64,000 nucleotides of DNA from Squalus acanthias (lineage: Eukaryota): the NCBI GenBank assembly GCA_030390025.1, contig CM059453.1, positions 6,758,001 through 6,822,000 on the forward strand, written 5' to 3'. The position numbers and the translations under genes were made by a program. Positions 23,215-35,177 of the stretch are shown here, one piece after another. Numbering within the stretch: position 1 is the first letter of the stretch; the number at the start of each line of letters is the position of its first letter. Below the pieces are notes generated by a model that saw only the letters and a program-made list of their open reading frames with translations, ran no database searches and had not been told where the DNA came from.

Positions 23215-24685
23215 TTATAGAATAGAATCATAGAATCATAGAATCTTACAGCACAGAAGGAGGCCATTCGGCCCACCACGCCTGTGCCGGCTCTGTGAAA
23301 GAGCTATACAATTTAGTACCACACCCTATGTTTTTCCACAGAAATTGTAGATCAGCCTTGTTTTAGAACAGCTCTAATTGCTTTAAAAAAATTCCCATTG
23401 AATCGTATTCCACCAGCCTTTCAGGTGGTGCATTCTAAATCTTAGCAACCCTCTGGGTGAAGAAATTTCACCCCATTTCCACACAAGTTCTTATGTTCTT
23501 ATGTCTGCTATAAGGACAACAAGCACAGCTTCTCCAATCTCTCCACGAAACTGCACGTCCTCATCCCTGGTATTATCTTGGCAAAAGGCTTCAGTACCTC
23601 CTCCAGGGCCTTGACCTCCTTCCTCAAGTGTAATTCCGAGAATTGTACCCAAAACTCCAGCTGAGGCAAAACCAGAGATTTGAGAAACTTGAGCATGACT
23701 TCCTTGTTATTGTTTTCAATGCCCCTATGTAAAAAGAACCGAAGTGTCCTATGTGCTTTCTTTTTAAACGCCTGGTAAATTTAACCTGCCATCTTCAAAT
23801 AAATGTCAATATGTACCCCATGTCCCTCTGTTCTTGCAGCCTCCCTCAAAATGGGACTATTTAGAGTATGATGCCTCTCCATATATTTCTCCGAAACTGC
23901 ATTTGTGCTTCACACTTATCCGCAGTAAATTGCATCTGCCATGTGCCTGCCCATTTTAACAGTCTGTAGATGTACTCCCGAATTCTGCTACAATCATGCT
24001 CACTATTTAATACGTTGCCAAGTTTTGTATCACCCGCAAACTTCGAAACGTTACTCCCAATACGCAAGTCTAGGTCATTTATATAGAAAAAGAATAGCAA
24101 TGATCCTAATATCGACCCCCTGGGGGATCACACATCAGACTTCGCTCCTGTCAGAAATGCAGCCGTTCACCACGACTCTCTGCCTCCTATCCCTTAGCCA
24201 CTTTCCTAATCACGTTGCCACCATCCCTTAAATACACTGTTCTTCTATATTCCGAATAGTCTGTTATGAGTTACTTCATCCAATGCCTTTTGAACGTCCA
24301 CATATACAGCATCTACTGTACTAACTTCATCAACCCTCTCTATTACTTCATCAATAAATCAATCGGGATAGACAGTCACGATTTGCATTTAACAAAGCCC
24401 TGCTGGCTTCCCTAATAAACCCATGCGTCTCCAAGTGAGAATTAATCTCGTCCTTCACAGTGTACTTATTTAGCTTTCCCACCATTGTCGTTTGACTGAT
24501 TGAGCTGTAGTTCCCAGGATCCTCCGTCTCCACATTTTGAACAGCGGTGTAACAGTTGAAATCCTCTAGTCTTCTGGTACCACTCCAATATCCATGGAGG
24601 ATTGAGAGATTGTGGTCAGAGATTCTTCTATATCCATCCTCGCTTCTTCAGCAACCTCGGATGAATCCCATCTGGACCAGTTGAC
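23215..24685 (-). mobile_element. Degenerate CR1 LINE (RT and 3' end)
   Basis: (ATAGAATC)n tail; YINDLD...SKFAGDTKLG; copy at about 61255-62840. Confidence 0.85.
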
Positions 24686-24909
24686 TTGTTATGTTTTCAC
24701 CTGAACAGATATTCAGCACTGCCATTCTTACACACTTACATAAATTGGCTGTAATGTTCAGTTAGAAAGAGAAACACTTAAGGTTGTTTTCAGATGTACA
24801 GACTGTCGGGTCAAAATTCAATCCTTCGTGGATTCTGGACAAAAATTTCAAGGTTTGTACTTCTGAGGGGGAATAAGTGGACAAGACTTAAGGATAGGAG
24901 GGATATCTC

Positions 24910-25160
24910 AACAATGCAATAGTGACCAGATGATCTGTTTTAGGTGCTGGTTGATGCAAAATATGAATCAGGACACGGGACATTTGAAATAATACATTGG
25001 GATATTTTACATCCACCTGTGAGGGAAGACGGGTCATCGGTTTAACGTCTCATCCATCAGATGTCATCTCCAGCATTGTAGTATTGCATCAGTACTGCAA
25101 TGGAGTGTCAGGCTACAGCTTGTGATTTAGTCTCTGAAGTGGGGCTTGAACCCCAAACCG
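24910..25160 (-). mobile_element. Degenerate Deu-domain SINE
   Basis: tacatccacctgtgagg..gacggg..tcggtttaacgtctcatcc; copy at about 63065-63310. Confidence 0.65.
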
Positions 25161-27984
25161 GGTCTTGCTTTCTTCTGATATATTTGCACTTTCCCGCTGT
25201 TGTTAATGGGAACAAACGAGGATAGTTAACCTTTTCCTCTCCCTGAAGACCATCTGCAGCGCTCCTCTCACGACGTTAAATGAGGTCAAATTAATTATAA
25301 GCAAGAGTTGAATTCACCCCTGTCCCTCAAATGGTAAATTAAGCGTTTCACGTGACACTGAGCAATTATTCTAAGAGTATCCTGGATTCTATCCCAAATG
25401 CAGATATGGAACATAATCTTGGACCCAGTTTTCTATGTTATGTCAAACCTAATGTTGAGTTGAAGCACTTGTGTTCAATAGAGTGGTGACTGAACTATAA
25501 GAAACAGGACAGCAATGAATAATTCATGTGATATAGTGGGTGATAATTCGGTTCAGGAACACATATATCAATCGATTGATTCCGTAACCGTTAAGTAATA
25601 ACTGACAATAGGCTCCTTCCCCTGCACCATAGAGTCATAACGGCACAGAAGGAGGTCATTCGGCCCATCGAGTACTTGTCCGTCACCAGAGAACAATGGA
25701 AAAAAACAATAATTTTTATTCAAGATATTATCTGATACGTTGGGCTGAATCGCCTTGACTTTCACTCCATATTTTATTATTTTGAAAGCCACTGTAACGC
25801 GAATTTCTTTCTCTCCTTACAGATAAGTCCTGGATATCAGTCTCTGGGGAACTGATTGCTGGACAACCAGCACATTTGATCTGCTGAGTCACCACCAGTT
25901 GCCCGTCCGCCAAACCTGAACTGATGTGGATTCAGGACGAGGATAAACGTCCTTCACTGCAGGATAGTAAAACTTCAAGACACAGTGGAAACTTATCGAT
26001 GGTTCCTGGACGCTTTCATCAAGTTTCACCTTCACCCCATCACTGGACCATAAAAGGAAAAGGATGGGATATAAGCTTGCGGTTGATGGTGTCGTGGGTA
26101 CCGTTCAAGAAAACTTAGACTGGACTGTAAGTAACTGCTCTACCCTTCATTCTACCATCCTGTTGGTAAATAGGATCCAAACGTATCTTTATTCTCAGTG
26201 GAGTGATAGCTAGCCTGAAAAATTGAAAATGTCAAAACTGCGATGGATAGATTTTTTTTTAGGAAGGGTATTAAGGGTTACAATAAAGCAAAGGCGGGTA
26301 GACGGAGTTAAGATATGGATTAACTATGATCTAATTGATCAGTGGAACAGACTCGAAGTGCTGAATGGCCTATGTTTCTATAATCAATGAACCAAATTCA
26401 CAATCTGAGATTTATTGTAATTTATATTTTTTAACCTTGATACAGACCCGTGGAGTAATATTGGTCGCTCCGTGGTTGTCATTTACGTCAAATATTATTC
26501 CAAAGGCTCCTAATTCCTGATAAAGTTGCAGACAGAGAGTACCTGAAACAGAGGGTCTGTGTCGAGTTGGCTGGGGCGCTGGTCGGGTTACTACAATTGG
26601 CCTGAACAGCTCTGTTTAACGGATGTGAGAGCCCACTGTTCTTGCTCTGGGAGGAATGGCCGCTTGATTGACTTATCGGTGGAGCAGAACCACGTCCAGG
26701 CAGTCACTACAACTCTTTGAAGAGAAGAGGAGGAAAGGTTAATATAAAGCTTGGCTCAGATCTAAATAAGTTTGTCGGTGGAACATCAACAATCTCAAGC
26801 TGGCTTTTCAATTTACAGTTGACAATATAACCACCATATCTGCTTTGATATTCTTCTTTGGTTGTCAACCGGATTGTTATTTGAACCTCTGCTCCGACAT
26901 TTTCCTATAACACCAATGATCTTGCGTGTTTCAGATGCACTGTGGAAACCAAGCCTCAATTCCTCTATAGTAAAAGTGGAAGGAAGTTCATTATTATTAT
27001 ACTGAACGGCCCTGGGGAACCCGACGGTCAGTTTAACATTGCTCCGAGAAGGGACACAGATCAGCAGGTGAACTAAAGCAGATATTTCACAGCATTAGTT
27101 CTGTTGATGAGGGGGAGTATTGTTGCGTGGCTGAAAATAACCTGGGCACCGCAAACAGCTCCAATCAGATTTCGGTACAATGTAAGTGTTATGTGATCTT
27201 ATTTAATTTATAAAGGGACATTAATGGTCGGTCTCAAATGTTGTTTGGTACCGCTCCTCTGAACGTTCGCGGCGCTATCTAAATCGGTCGGCTTAGTGAT
27301 GACGAGTGGGCAATACTCTTGGCGCGCCGGTACTCGGGCCAGCGGAACCCCAAGGTTTCCTTTTCGAGGCAGAAGGAGCTGAATAGGACAATTAGAATGG
27401 TGGCAGTGATGGAATAAAGCGGGTTATTCTGGAATATTATGCGCAGTCTCACCCGGATCAGTAGCTCCACATCTAACGCACTACTTTCTGTTACAGAGAC
27501 AAGACAAGTATAGAAACACTGTTGTGAGAGGGGCTCCATCAAACCAGTCAGCTCAAAGTGAAGAGGTCCTGTATGCATCTGTCAGTGTTTCAAACGTTCG
27601 AAAGCAGGAGCGATATCTCCAACACGAAGATTCCAGTGAATAAGCCGCAATTAAAAGCAAATGAAAATCAGCGGCATTCACCCTATTGTGACAGATGGAA
27701 CTGGTCAATATCTTCACACAATTGTTTTTTATGATATCGAACAGAAACTCGCACTCAAGGAAGTGCTGTGATAATGGAGATCACTCAGAGAATAATAGCT
27801 AATATTTTAACATCTCTTTGTGAGACGATTTGATTTACAATCCCAAAGACTGTCCACTCCAAACATACTTCCGAAACTGTGCAGGAAGGGGGCGTGAATG
27901 TTCAATGTAATTTTAAACTTTTTTATCGCTTTAATAATAAAATAACTATTTCCCAGTTCGAACTTTTATTTCATTTCGGAACAA

Positions 27985-28485
27985 AAAGAACAGAAAGACT
28001 TGCATTTCTATAGCGCCATTTAGTACGTCACAAAGTACTTTACAGCCAATTAAGTACTTTTGAAGTGTGGTCACTACTGTAATTTAGGAAACGTGGCAGC
28101 GAATTTGCGCACAGCAAGCTCCCAAAAACAGCAATTTGATACTGACCAGATCATCTGTTTTTGTCATGTTGATTGAGGGATAAATATTGTTGCATGACAC
28201 CAGGGCTAATTCCCCTGGTCTCGGTCGAAATAGTGGCAATGGGATTTCTTACGTCCAACCTTTGAGGGCAGACGGGGCCTTGCTTTAACGTCTCATCCGA
28301 AAGACGGCACCTCCGATACTGCAGCACTCCCTCAGTACTGCCACGCCGACAGTGCGGCGCTCCCTCAGAACTGCCCCTCCCACGGTGCAGTGCTCCCTCA
28401 GTTCTGCCCCTCCGACAGTGCAGCGCTCCCTTAGTACTGCACTGGAGTAACCGCCTAGATTATTGTGATCAAGTTTCTGGAGGGG
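27985..28485 (-). mobile_element. Deu-domain SINE with an internal tandem expansion of about 33 bp
   Basis: 3' tail acttgcatttctatagcgcc plus Deu core; CCGACAGTGCAGCGCTCCCTCAGTACTGC repeated about 4 times at 28310-28442. Confidence 0.8.
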
Positions 28486-28999
28486 TCCCCTCCCTATTAT
28501 GTTGTTAAATAGCCCTGCCGGATACCGTTGACTCTCTCTGTCGGTTGTGTGGTTAGATTTACACACACTTTCCCAGCCTTGTGTAATAAACCTTCACCTT
28601 CCTGTCAAATTCCATCAGTTTCCTTCAGTACAGCAGCTAAACTTTCTGTTTATTTTGTTTCCATCGGTATTCTTCTGAAACGTTGGAATTATAAAGAGGC
28701 GTGTCTGCGACTAATTCAACTTGAGCTTCATGATTAGAATATTTTTCGACACGCTACCTAGACATACGATGGCAAAAAATGTATTTCATTCTCATCAATG
28801 GCCGCACTGAGTTTGATTCGATTGAGTGGCAATCACCAGCTACAAGCAAGTGCAGAGATTCCAGCTTTTTTATGTGCAGATTTGTAAAACGTGCATTCAC
28901 ATTCTCAAAATGGCATGTTTGGATTTGAACTCTTGTTCTCTGGATTACTCTCACTGCATTCCCTACCGGTTTGTACAGTAAGAAAAAAACTTTAATTCA

Positions 29000-29545
29000 G
29001 ATCCCCATTCCCACTCTGAACTCTCTGTCCTCCGCCTTCTATATTGTTCCAATGAAGCTCAATGGAAGCTCGAGGAACAGCACCTCATCTTTCGATTAGA
29101 CACTTTACAGCCTTCCGGACTCAACATTGAGTTCCACAATTTCAGTTCATAACCTCTGCTCCGCATTTTTTTCGGACGGAAGCTGATGCTGATGATTCTG
29201 CTATTCCCATTTACACCTCCATAAATCCATCTTTTGTTTATTTACTTGCTCCATTACCACCTCCTTTCGCCTCGCACATCATGCTTTTTGTCATAAAATC
29301 TCGACTGCCTTCTACCCTTTCAAAGACCTTTCCTTTTGTTTTTTCCTCCCCTCCCCCTTTCCCTGCATCTGCACTTGCTTCAAACCTGTTACATCACAAA
29401 AGTATTCCAGTACTGACGAAAGCTCAGCGAACTGAAACGTTAACTCTGTTTCTCTCTCCACGGATGCTGCCTGAACTGCTGAGTATTTCCAGCATTTTTT
29501 GTTGTAATTTCAGATTTCCAGCCTCTGCAATAATTTGCTTTTGTA
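29000..29545 (+). mobile_element. Penelope-like element 3' end (GIY-YIG C-terminus plus terminal repeat region)
   Basis: CSNEAQWKLEEQHLIFRLDTLQPSGLNIEFHNF followed by CTGACGA...GAAACGTTAACTCTG...GATGCTGCCTGA.CTGCTGAG. Confidence 0.75.
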
Positions 29546-30534
29546 TTTTTTTTACAATAATATATTTGCCGTCAAATTGTAACAGATTCCAATTTCCCAG
29601 TCACATTTAAAAAGCAGGTTGAGTGCCATAAAATGACTCTGTTTTCAAACGGCAAGCAGATAATATGCATGAAGTGAAGCAAAGAGTCAAATTTGTAAAA
29701 CGCCACCCTTTACTATAATTCAACCTAATACACACAGGATGAATTGCTAATATGAACAGGCATTCCAACAGGAACTTTACAAGCTTCACTACGTTTTCCG
29801 GTTAAGATTCCACTCAGCTAACTGAAGCTTCCTGAGCTTTCTCTGCAAAGTGGTTCAAATGGCCTTTGGCGCTGTTCCTTCCATCGTCAGGATGTGCGCA
29901 AAGCGAACAGATCCCAGCACACGCCATCTAACGGACAAAGGAAGCAAGTGCATCGCATCAAGCAGAGCACATTCTCCAGCCACACATGCTTCGGTCAAAC
30001 GCACCTGTACATACTTAAACAGTCTATGTTGGGTTGGGTGAGGTAAACTAGCAATTTGTCTGCGCAAGATGCGGGATTTCTGCCCCTGTTGGACTCAGAT
30101 GTGTCTGATGATACAGTAACAGATCGCCTATGTAATGCTGTCGGCCTGCCAATGTGTGACGCTGTTGGATTGCGAAGGCTTCATTCACACAGAACATGCA
30201 ACAAGCAAGAGCTCGGGCTGCAGGAGGAACCAGAGAAATTACAATAAACTGCAATTTAAATTGCGATTGTAGATTGTCCAACATTCTGAAAAACCAAGAA
30301 CCAATACAGCAATTAGTCTGTCCGCTGTCTACCTCAACTTGGCTAGGCACTTAAAGGTCAGTCAGGGCTCCCGCTCCTGTTAAAAATCCCGCCGACACTC
30401 GCTTTGAGGCTTGCAAGCTAAGATCTGATCATTTGAGAGCTGCCGGCGGGAATCACATTTCAACAAGAAACAAAATGTTCAGAAGGGGGCATAATTGGAA
30501 AATTGGCCGTGGAAAAATGCAGGGACATTTTTTA

Positions 30535-31030
30535 AATAGCTCTCGGCTGTGGGCGTCGCTGGCAAAGCCGGCATTTATTGCCCATCCCTAGTTTCCCTTG
30601 AGAAGGTGGTGCTGAGCCGCCTCCTTGAACACATGCAATATATTGTTTTTATTCATTCACGGGATGTGGGCGTCGCTGTCAAGGCCAGCATTTATTGCCT
30701 ATCCCTAATTGCCCAATCACTGAGTGGCTTGCTCCGCCATTTCAGAGTGCAGTTAAGAGTTAAACACATTGCTGTGGTTCTGGTGTCACATGTCGGCCAG
30801 ACCGGGTAAGGACGTCAGATTTCTTTCCGTAAAAATCATTAGTGAACCAGTTGGGTTTTTACGACAATCCTGTACTTTCCTGGTCAGCATTACTGATACT
30901 AACTTTTTATTCCAGTTTCATTTGTTTAACTCAATTTAAATTCCCCCAGCATCCGTGGTGGGAGTTGAAAACATGTATCTGGATCATTAATCCAGGCCTC
31001 TGGTTTACTACACCAGTAACATAACCATAA
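30535..31030 (-). mobile_element. SINE-like repeat with a duplicated 3' tail
   Basis: Two copies of GTGGGCGTCGCTG.CAA.GCC.GCATTTATTGCC.ATCCCTA (30549 and 30665); tRNA-like head near 30960-31030. Confidence 0.55.
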
Positions 31031-32149
31031 TGTGGCCCTGCAAATTGCCAAACAAATATTTACTAATCATCCTTACAGTGAAAGCGCTTTAATAATCCGG
31101 TTGGCTCTCCTGTTTAATAGTCTATTAATACATTGCATAATATGTTTGAAAGCAGCTGAGAGTGATTCAATAACAGGCAATAGTCAACACAAAGAAAGTA
31201 GCTTGAATTTTATTGTGTTCACAGGCCGCAACATGGGTCTGCACTGCACCGATTGGTCCAAGCCTTCAGTCAGTGTGCAGCTTGTTTAACATGTCTAATC
31301 AGATCAGAAGCGTTTGAAGTGTCCTTCAGATTTCCTATACACTCTATCTATCGGTGGGACAATCGGAAATGTAGCATTATGGAGATCAGAGTGCACGGTT
31401 TCCCGTTCCTCCCCATTCCTTCGTCCGCGGACGCTTCCTCCTTAGGTAATAAATCAGCATTAGGTTAACGGGGGGTTGGCAATGCGTTGCTTTTACCGAT
31501 GCACTTGTGCAATGCAGCTCCGAAAGTAATCAATTCGCCCATTGATCAATCTCGGCTGAGGGAATCCAAATGCACTCGGAGCCCCGGGTTGGAGAGGGGC
31601 AATTCATCCATAGTCTTTATCGCTGTTCGGTGAACCCTGATGCAAGTAGCCTTTTCGAAATCCAATGAGTACAGGAGCAGACACCGGGGTATTGGGCCTC
31701 GGGACAAACCTCATGGTGAAGGGAGGTATCTGCAAAAATAGCAGCTTAAGCGAGAGATTGGAGAAATCGAACTCCAGCAAGCGTTCAATTTGGAAGTGGA
31801 GAATATTGGGGCAAATACTGCAAGCAAGAACAACGAGTGTTTCCAAAGTCTTGATTGTAAAAACGTGTCGTATCTCTTCGTTGTTATAATTGGTCCATTT
31901 GGAAAAAGAAACATTTGAGATTCAGAGAAGCGTCCTCTCCAAGTTCTGGTCCTTTTCAGGCAAATTTAATAGCTGCATATTCGCTCATCTCCATCCTCTG
32001 TACATATCCGTGCCCTTGAGGAATACTTGAAAAGTGCACAGTGGCGTAAGTAATTTCTTCCTTCTGCTAAGTTGAGTTGGATATCACTTCCCTGCCGTCA
32101 CTGTCTGGATGATCCCTCTGCAACAGAAACAACACGTGCAGCGTATAAA

Positions 32150-32320
32150 AGAGGACACGTGGTACAGATACAGAAATAAAACGGGGTACAGGTAGACAAA
32201 GAAAACTTGGTACAGATACACCAAGAACACGTGGTACCGATCCAATAAGAACACGTTGTACAGATAGACAAAGAACACGTGGTACAGATACACAAAGAAC
32301 ACGTGGTACAGCGATACCAA
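32150..32320. repeat. 24-bp minisatellite, about 7 units
   Basis: AAGAACACGTGGTACAGATACACA-type units. Confidence 0.9.
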
Positions 32321-32437
32321 GAAGGTTTTCTGCTTCGATTTTAACAGAATCAATTTTGCAAACACAAAATAGGGGGATAGAGAGACTCACACTGGTCTCT
32401 CTTACCTTTACATTCTGTGTGTTAGCGACATGTAAAT

Positions 32438-33933
32438 AGTCCAGAAATTCGGCTCCCTGGCTTCCCGCGCTTGCAAGGAAAGCGCGCGCACCTACCTACA
32501 GTGCCTGCCGTTGACCTCTGGGCCCACAGGGACTTCGGCTCCTGGGCCTCCCCGAACTGCCGGCGCGCAGATCTTGTGTATCCCAGGGGCATAGTTAGTG
32601 CGATGCAGCCCCTGGGATCACGTGGGCCAGGGAGAGCCAATGGCAGCAGACCATCTTTCATTCAAATCTAGGAATACAGATCGGCCCCAAAACATCCCTA
32701 AAACTAGAACTATTTTTTTTTAAAAATCACATTTTTAAATTAACTATAAATTACATTAATTAACTATTTTAAATAAAAATTAAAATTTTTGAAAAAATTA
32801 ATTACGTTTTTTAACGATGCTAAAATTAAACTTACCTTTCTATAAAGTAATTAAAAAATATAATCTGTGAAAAAGATGTTTAAATTTTAATAAAATCAAC
32901 ACTTACCTTATTAAAAGAAGGCCTTGCACATCCTTTTGCAATGGCCCAAAAAATCGGCCGAACACGGGAGAGTACCAGCTGCGTGCTCACCCGTATTCGT
33001 TCCCGAAGTGCCGGTTTCCTGCATCCACTGCTCATGCACGGGAAACCTGCACTTCCGGTAGGGAGAAGGGGGCGGTTCCTAGCTGAACCGCGTGCGCACT
33101 AAAGGCTGCGCGCACGCAGCACACTTCGGTTTTTTTTCAGGTTTCAATGCGAGGGTAAGTATGGAAGATTCTACACAAGTAAAAAGGAGGCTTAAGACCC
33201 CTTTTGAACAAGGTAAGTAGTTAATTAAGTATAATTTTAAATTTTTTTCAACAGGTTTATCTTTTTTAGAGATTTTAAAGAAAGGTAAGTTTATTTTTAT
33301 AACGTTGAAAAAGAATTTAAATTTTTTCAATAATTTAAATTTTTGTTTAAAGTGGTTAATTTATTTAACTATAGTTATTTTATTAATATGATGGATTTTT
33401 TTTTAATTTATTTGAGGTTTAGCTGTTCTTTTGGGGCCGATTTCAATTCACAGATTTGACATCCTGTCAAATCTATGAATGAAAGATGGTCTGCTGCCAT
33501 TGGCTCGCCATGGCCCACGTGATCCCAGGGTTCGCATCGCACTAACTGCGCCCCTGGGTCAGGCAAGCACTGCGCGCCGGCACTAGGGAAAGGCCCAGGA
33601 CCCGAAGTTCCTGTGGGCCGGAAACACAACGGCAGGCGTGGTAGGTAAGAGCGCGCGCAATCCTTACCCCCGCGGCAAGCCGGCCACCCGAATTGGCCAA
33701 TGTGTATCTTCTCCGCGCTTACCTTCACGGAGGAACCTGCATAATATCCCGAAATGAGAGACGAACGCGCTGGCGCTCTGGCGTGGCCGTTCGACCTCTC
33801 AACCCCTTTCCTCAGGGGAACAGAAGTGCCGGTTTTCCGCGCATGCGCATTGCATTCAAGAAAACGGCACTTTCGTTCAGTCCACGGGCAAGTGCACAGT
33901 GCGGACTCACCCGACAACTGACGAATTTCTGCC
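32438..33933. mobile_element. MITE host copy
   Basis: Ends AGTCCAGAAATTCGG / CGAATTTCTGCC; interrupted at 32943-33698. Confidence 0.8.
32943..33698. mobile_element. Nested MITE in opposite orientation
   Basis: GGCCCAAAAAATCGG...CCGAATTGGCC with AAT at 32940-32942 and 33699-33701; close reverse complement of 4788-5561. Confidence 0.87.
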
Positions 33934-34285
33934 CACCAGTTATTATGGCGAATTCGGATGAATGTGCAGTTTCTGGCTATGGCCAGTAGGTGGCGCGGTG
34001 TAGCCACTGTATTTAATGCCATGACACACTGTCAGTACACGGGAGATCTAATGCTACTTCTAACTAACTGTCTGTTCTTGTCAGTTCCCAATGTATCCTT
34101 CCGTTTCTGAACACGTTGGAGTAGGATTTGTCTTGGACGGAAGCGCAAAACGGAACGGCCGACTGTTATATGCCCATTTTACTATTTAGTTCCCTGCGAT
34201 GCGATAACGCCAGTTTTAGGGTAGCGCCTGCGATTAATTTCTACTGTGGCTAGCGCACGGTTCAATTGTTCTCTTGGATCCAGTT

Positions 34286-34848
34286 GGCCCAAAAATTCGG
34301 CCGTTCCAGGGTGAGTACACAATCCGTACTCACCCGTATTCATTCCCGAAGTGCCGGTTTCCTGCATGCACTGCGCTTGGTGCGGGAAACCGGAACTTCC
34401 GGTCTGGTGAAGGGGGCGGTTCCTTGGTGAACCGTGAGCGCGCTAGAGCCTGTGAGCACGCAGCACACTTAGATTTTTTTTCAGGTTTCAACGCGAGGGT
34501 ATGTATTGAAGATTCTACGCTTGTAAAAAGGAGGGGTAAGACCCCTTTTGAACAAGGCAAGTAGTTAATTAAGCAACATTTTAATTTTTTTTCAACAGGT
34601 TTATCCTTTTTAGATACTTTAAAGGAAGGTAAGTTTATCTTTTTAACTTTTAAAAAGTATTTTAACTTTTTCAAAAAATAAAATTTTTGTTTAAAGTGTT
34701 TAATTTATTTAACTATAGTTCTTTTATAACTGTGATGATTTTTTTTTAATTTATTTGAAATTTAGCTGTTCTTCTGGGGCCGATTTCAATTCACAGATTT
34801 GACAGATCCTTACCCCCGCGCCAAGCCGGTCACGCGAATTTCTAGGCC
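34286..34848. mobile_element. MITE with internal deletion
   Basis: GGCCCAAAAATTCGG / CGAATTTCTAGGCC; same subfamily as 4788-5561 but missing about 200 bp after the hairpin arm. Confidence 0.85.
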
Positions 34849-35177
34849 ATTGTTAACTCAAGCGCACTGACTGCCAGTGGGCTCCGTGCACACAGTTGTG
34901 CCTGGCCCTGGGCTTACCCAGTTAAGATACGTGCCCAGTGACGCGTTGGGAAGGGGTCACTCAGTAGTGATCAGGAATTGGATCACTGGCTGTTTCATTC
35001 CATTTAGCGTCGATGTCATTCATAGTGTGGCAGCTGCCAGCCTTGCACAGATCTGCGATTGAAGCATGGGTTCAGCTTATACCTGGCGCAGACTTCACCC
35101 TCAGAAACGCATCTGTTAGCTCGGATATAAACCAGTGAGGCAATTACAACATAATTAATCAATTGGTTGCGCAGCAC

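Larger units (their letters stand above)
1010..25848. repeat. Segmental duplication, copy 1 (gene A plus head-to-head gene B)
   Basis: Collinear with about 43630-64000; all exons and most introns and TEs are shared. Offset is about 42.4 kb at the last exon and about 38.0-38.1 kb from 12 kb onward. Confidence 0.95.
22271..27181 (+). pseudogene. Siglec-like paralog B1 (leader 22271-22313, V 22683-23063, C2 25823-26126, C2 26935-27181)
   Basis: Leader MKSITFISILLFSA|GTAAAA; V exon open but acceptor reads CAT; TGA at 25885 plus a frameshift; TGA replacing Cys at 27003 plus an 11-bp deletion; no later exons found. Confidence 0.88.
31956..33990 (-). pseudogene. Remnant of Siglec-like paralog C: terminal exon 31956-32117 plus a MITE-split cytoplasmic exon (32406-32437 and about 33934-33990)
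   Basis: tctgttgcag|RDHPDSDGREVISNST*QKEEITYATVHFSSIPQGHGYVQRMEMSEYAAIKFA*; the upstream exon aligns to A cytoplasmic exon 1 (GAAACTGCAC..TCCGAA..CTGGTG/ATTTAC) and ends at a GTAAGA donor. Confidence 0.82.

Noticed and set aside
27279-31914. Minus-strand ORFs at 27279-27578, 29855-30067 and 31604-31846 as exons of another gene
   Set aside because: No recognisable homology or consistent splice structure; 31604-31846 is probably the former 3' UTR of C
32067-32390. Repetitive Cys/Val-rich ORFs in three frames
   Set aside because: Translation of the 24-bp minisatellite
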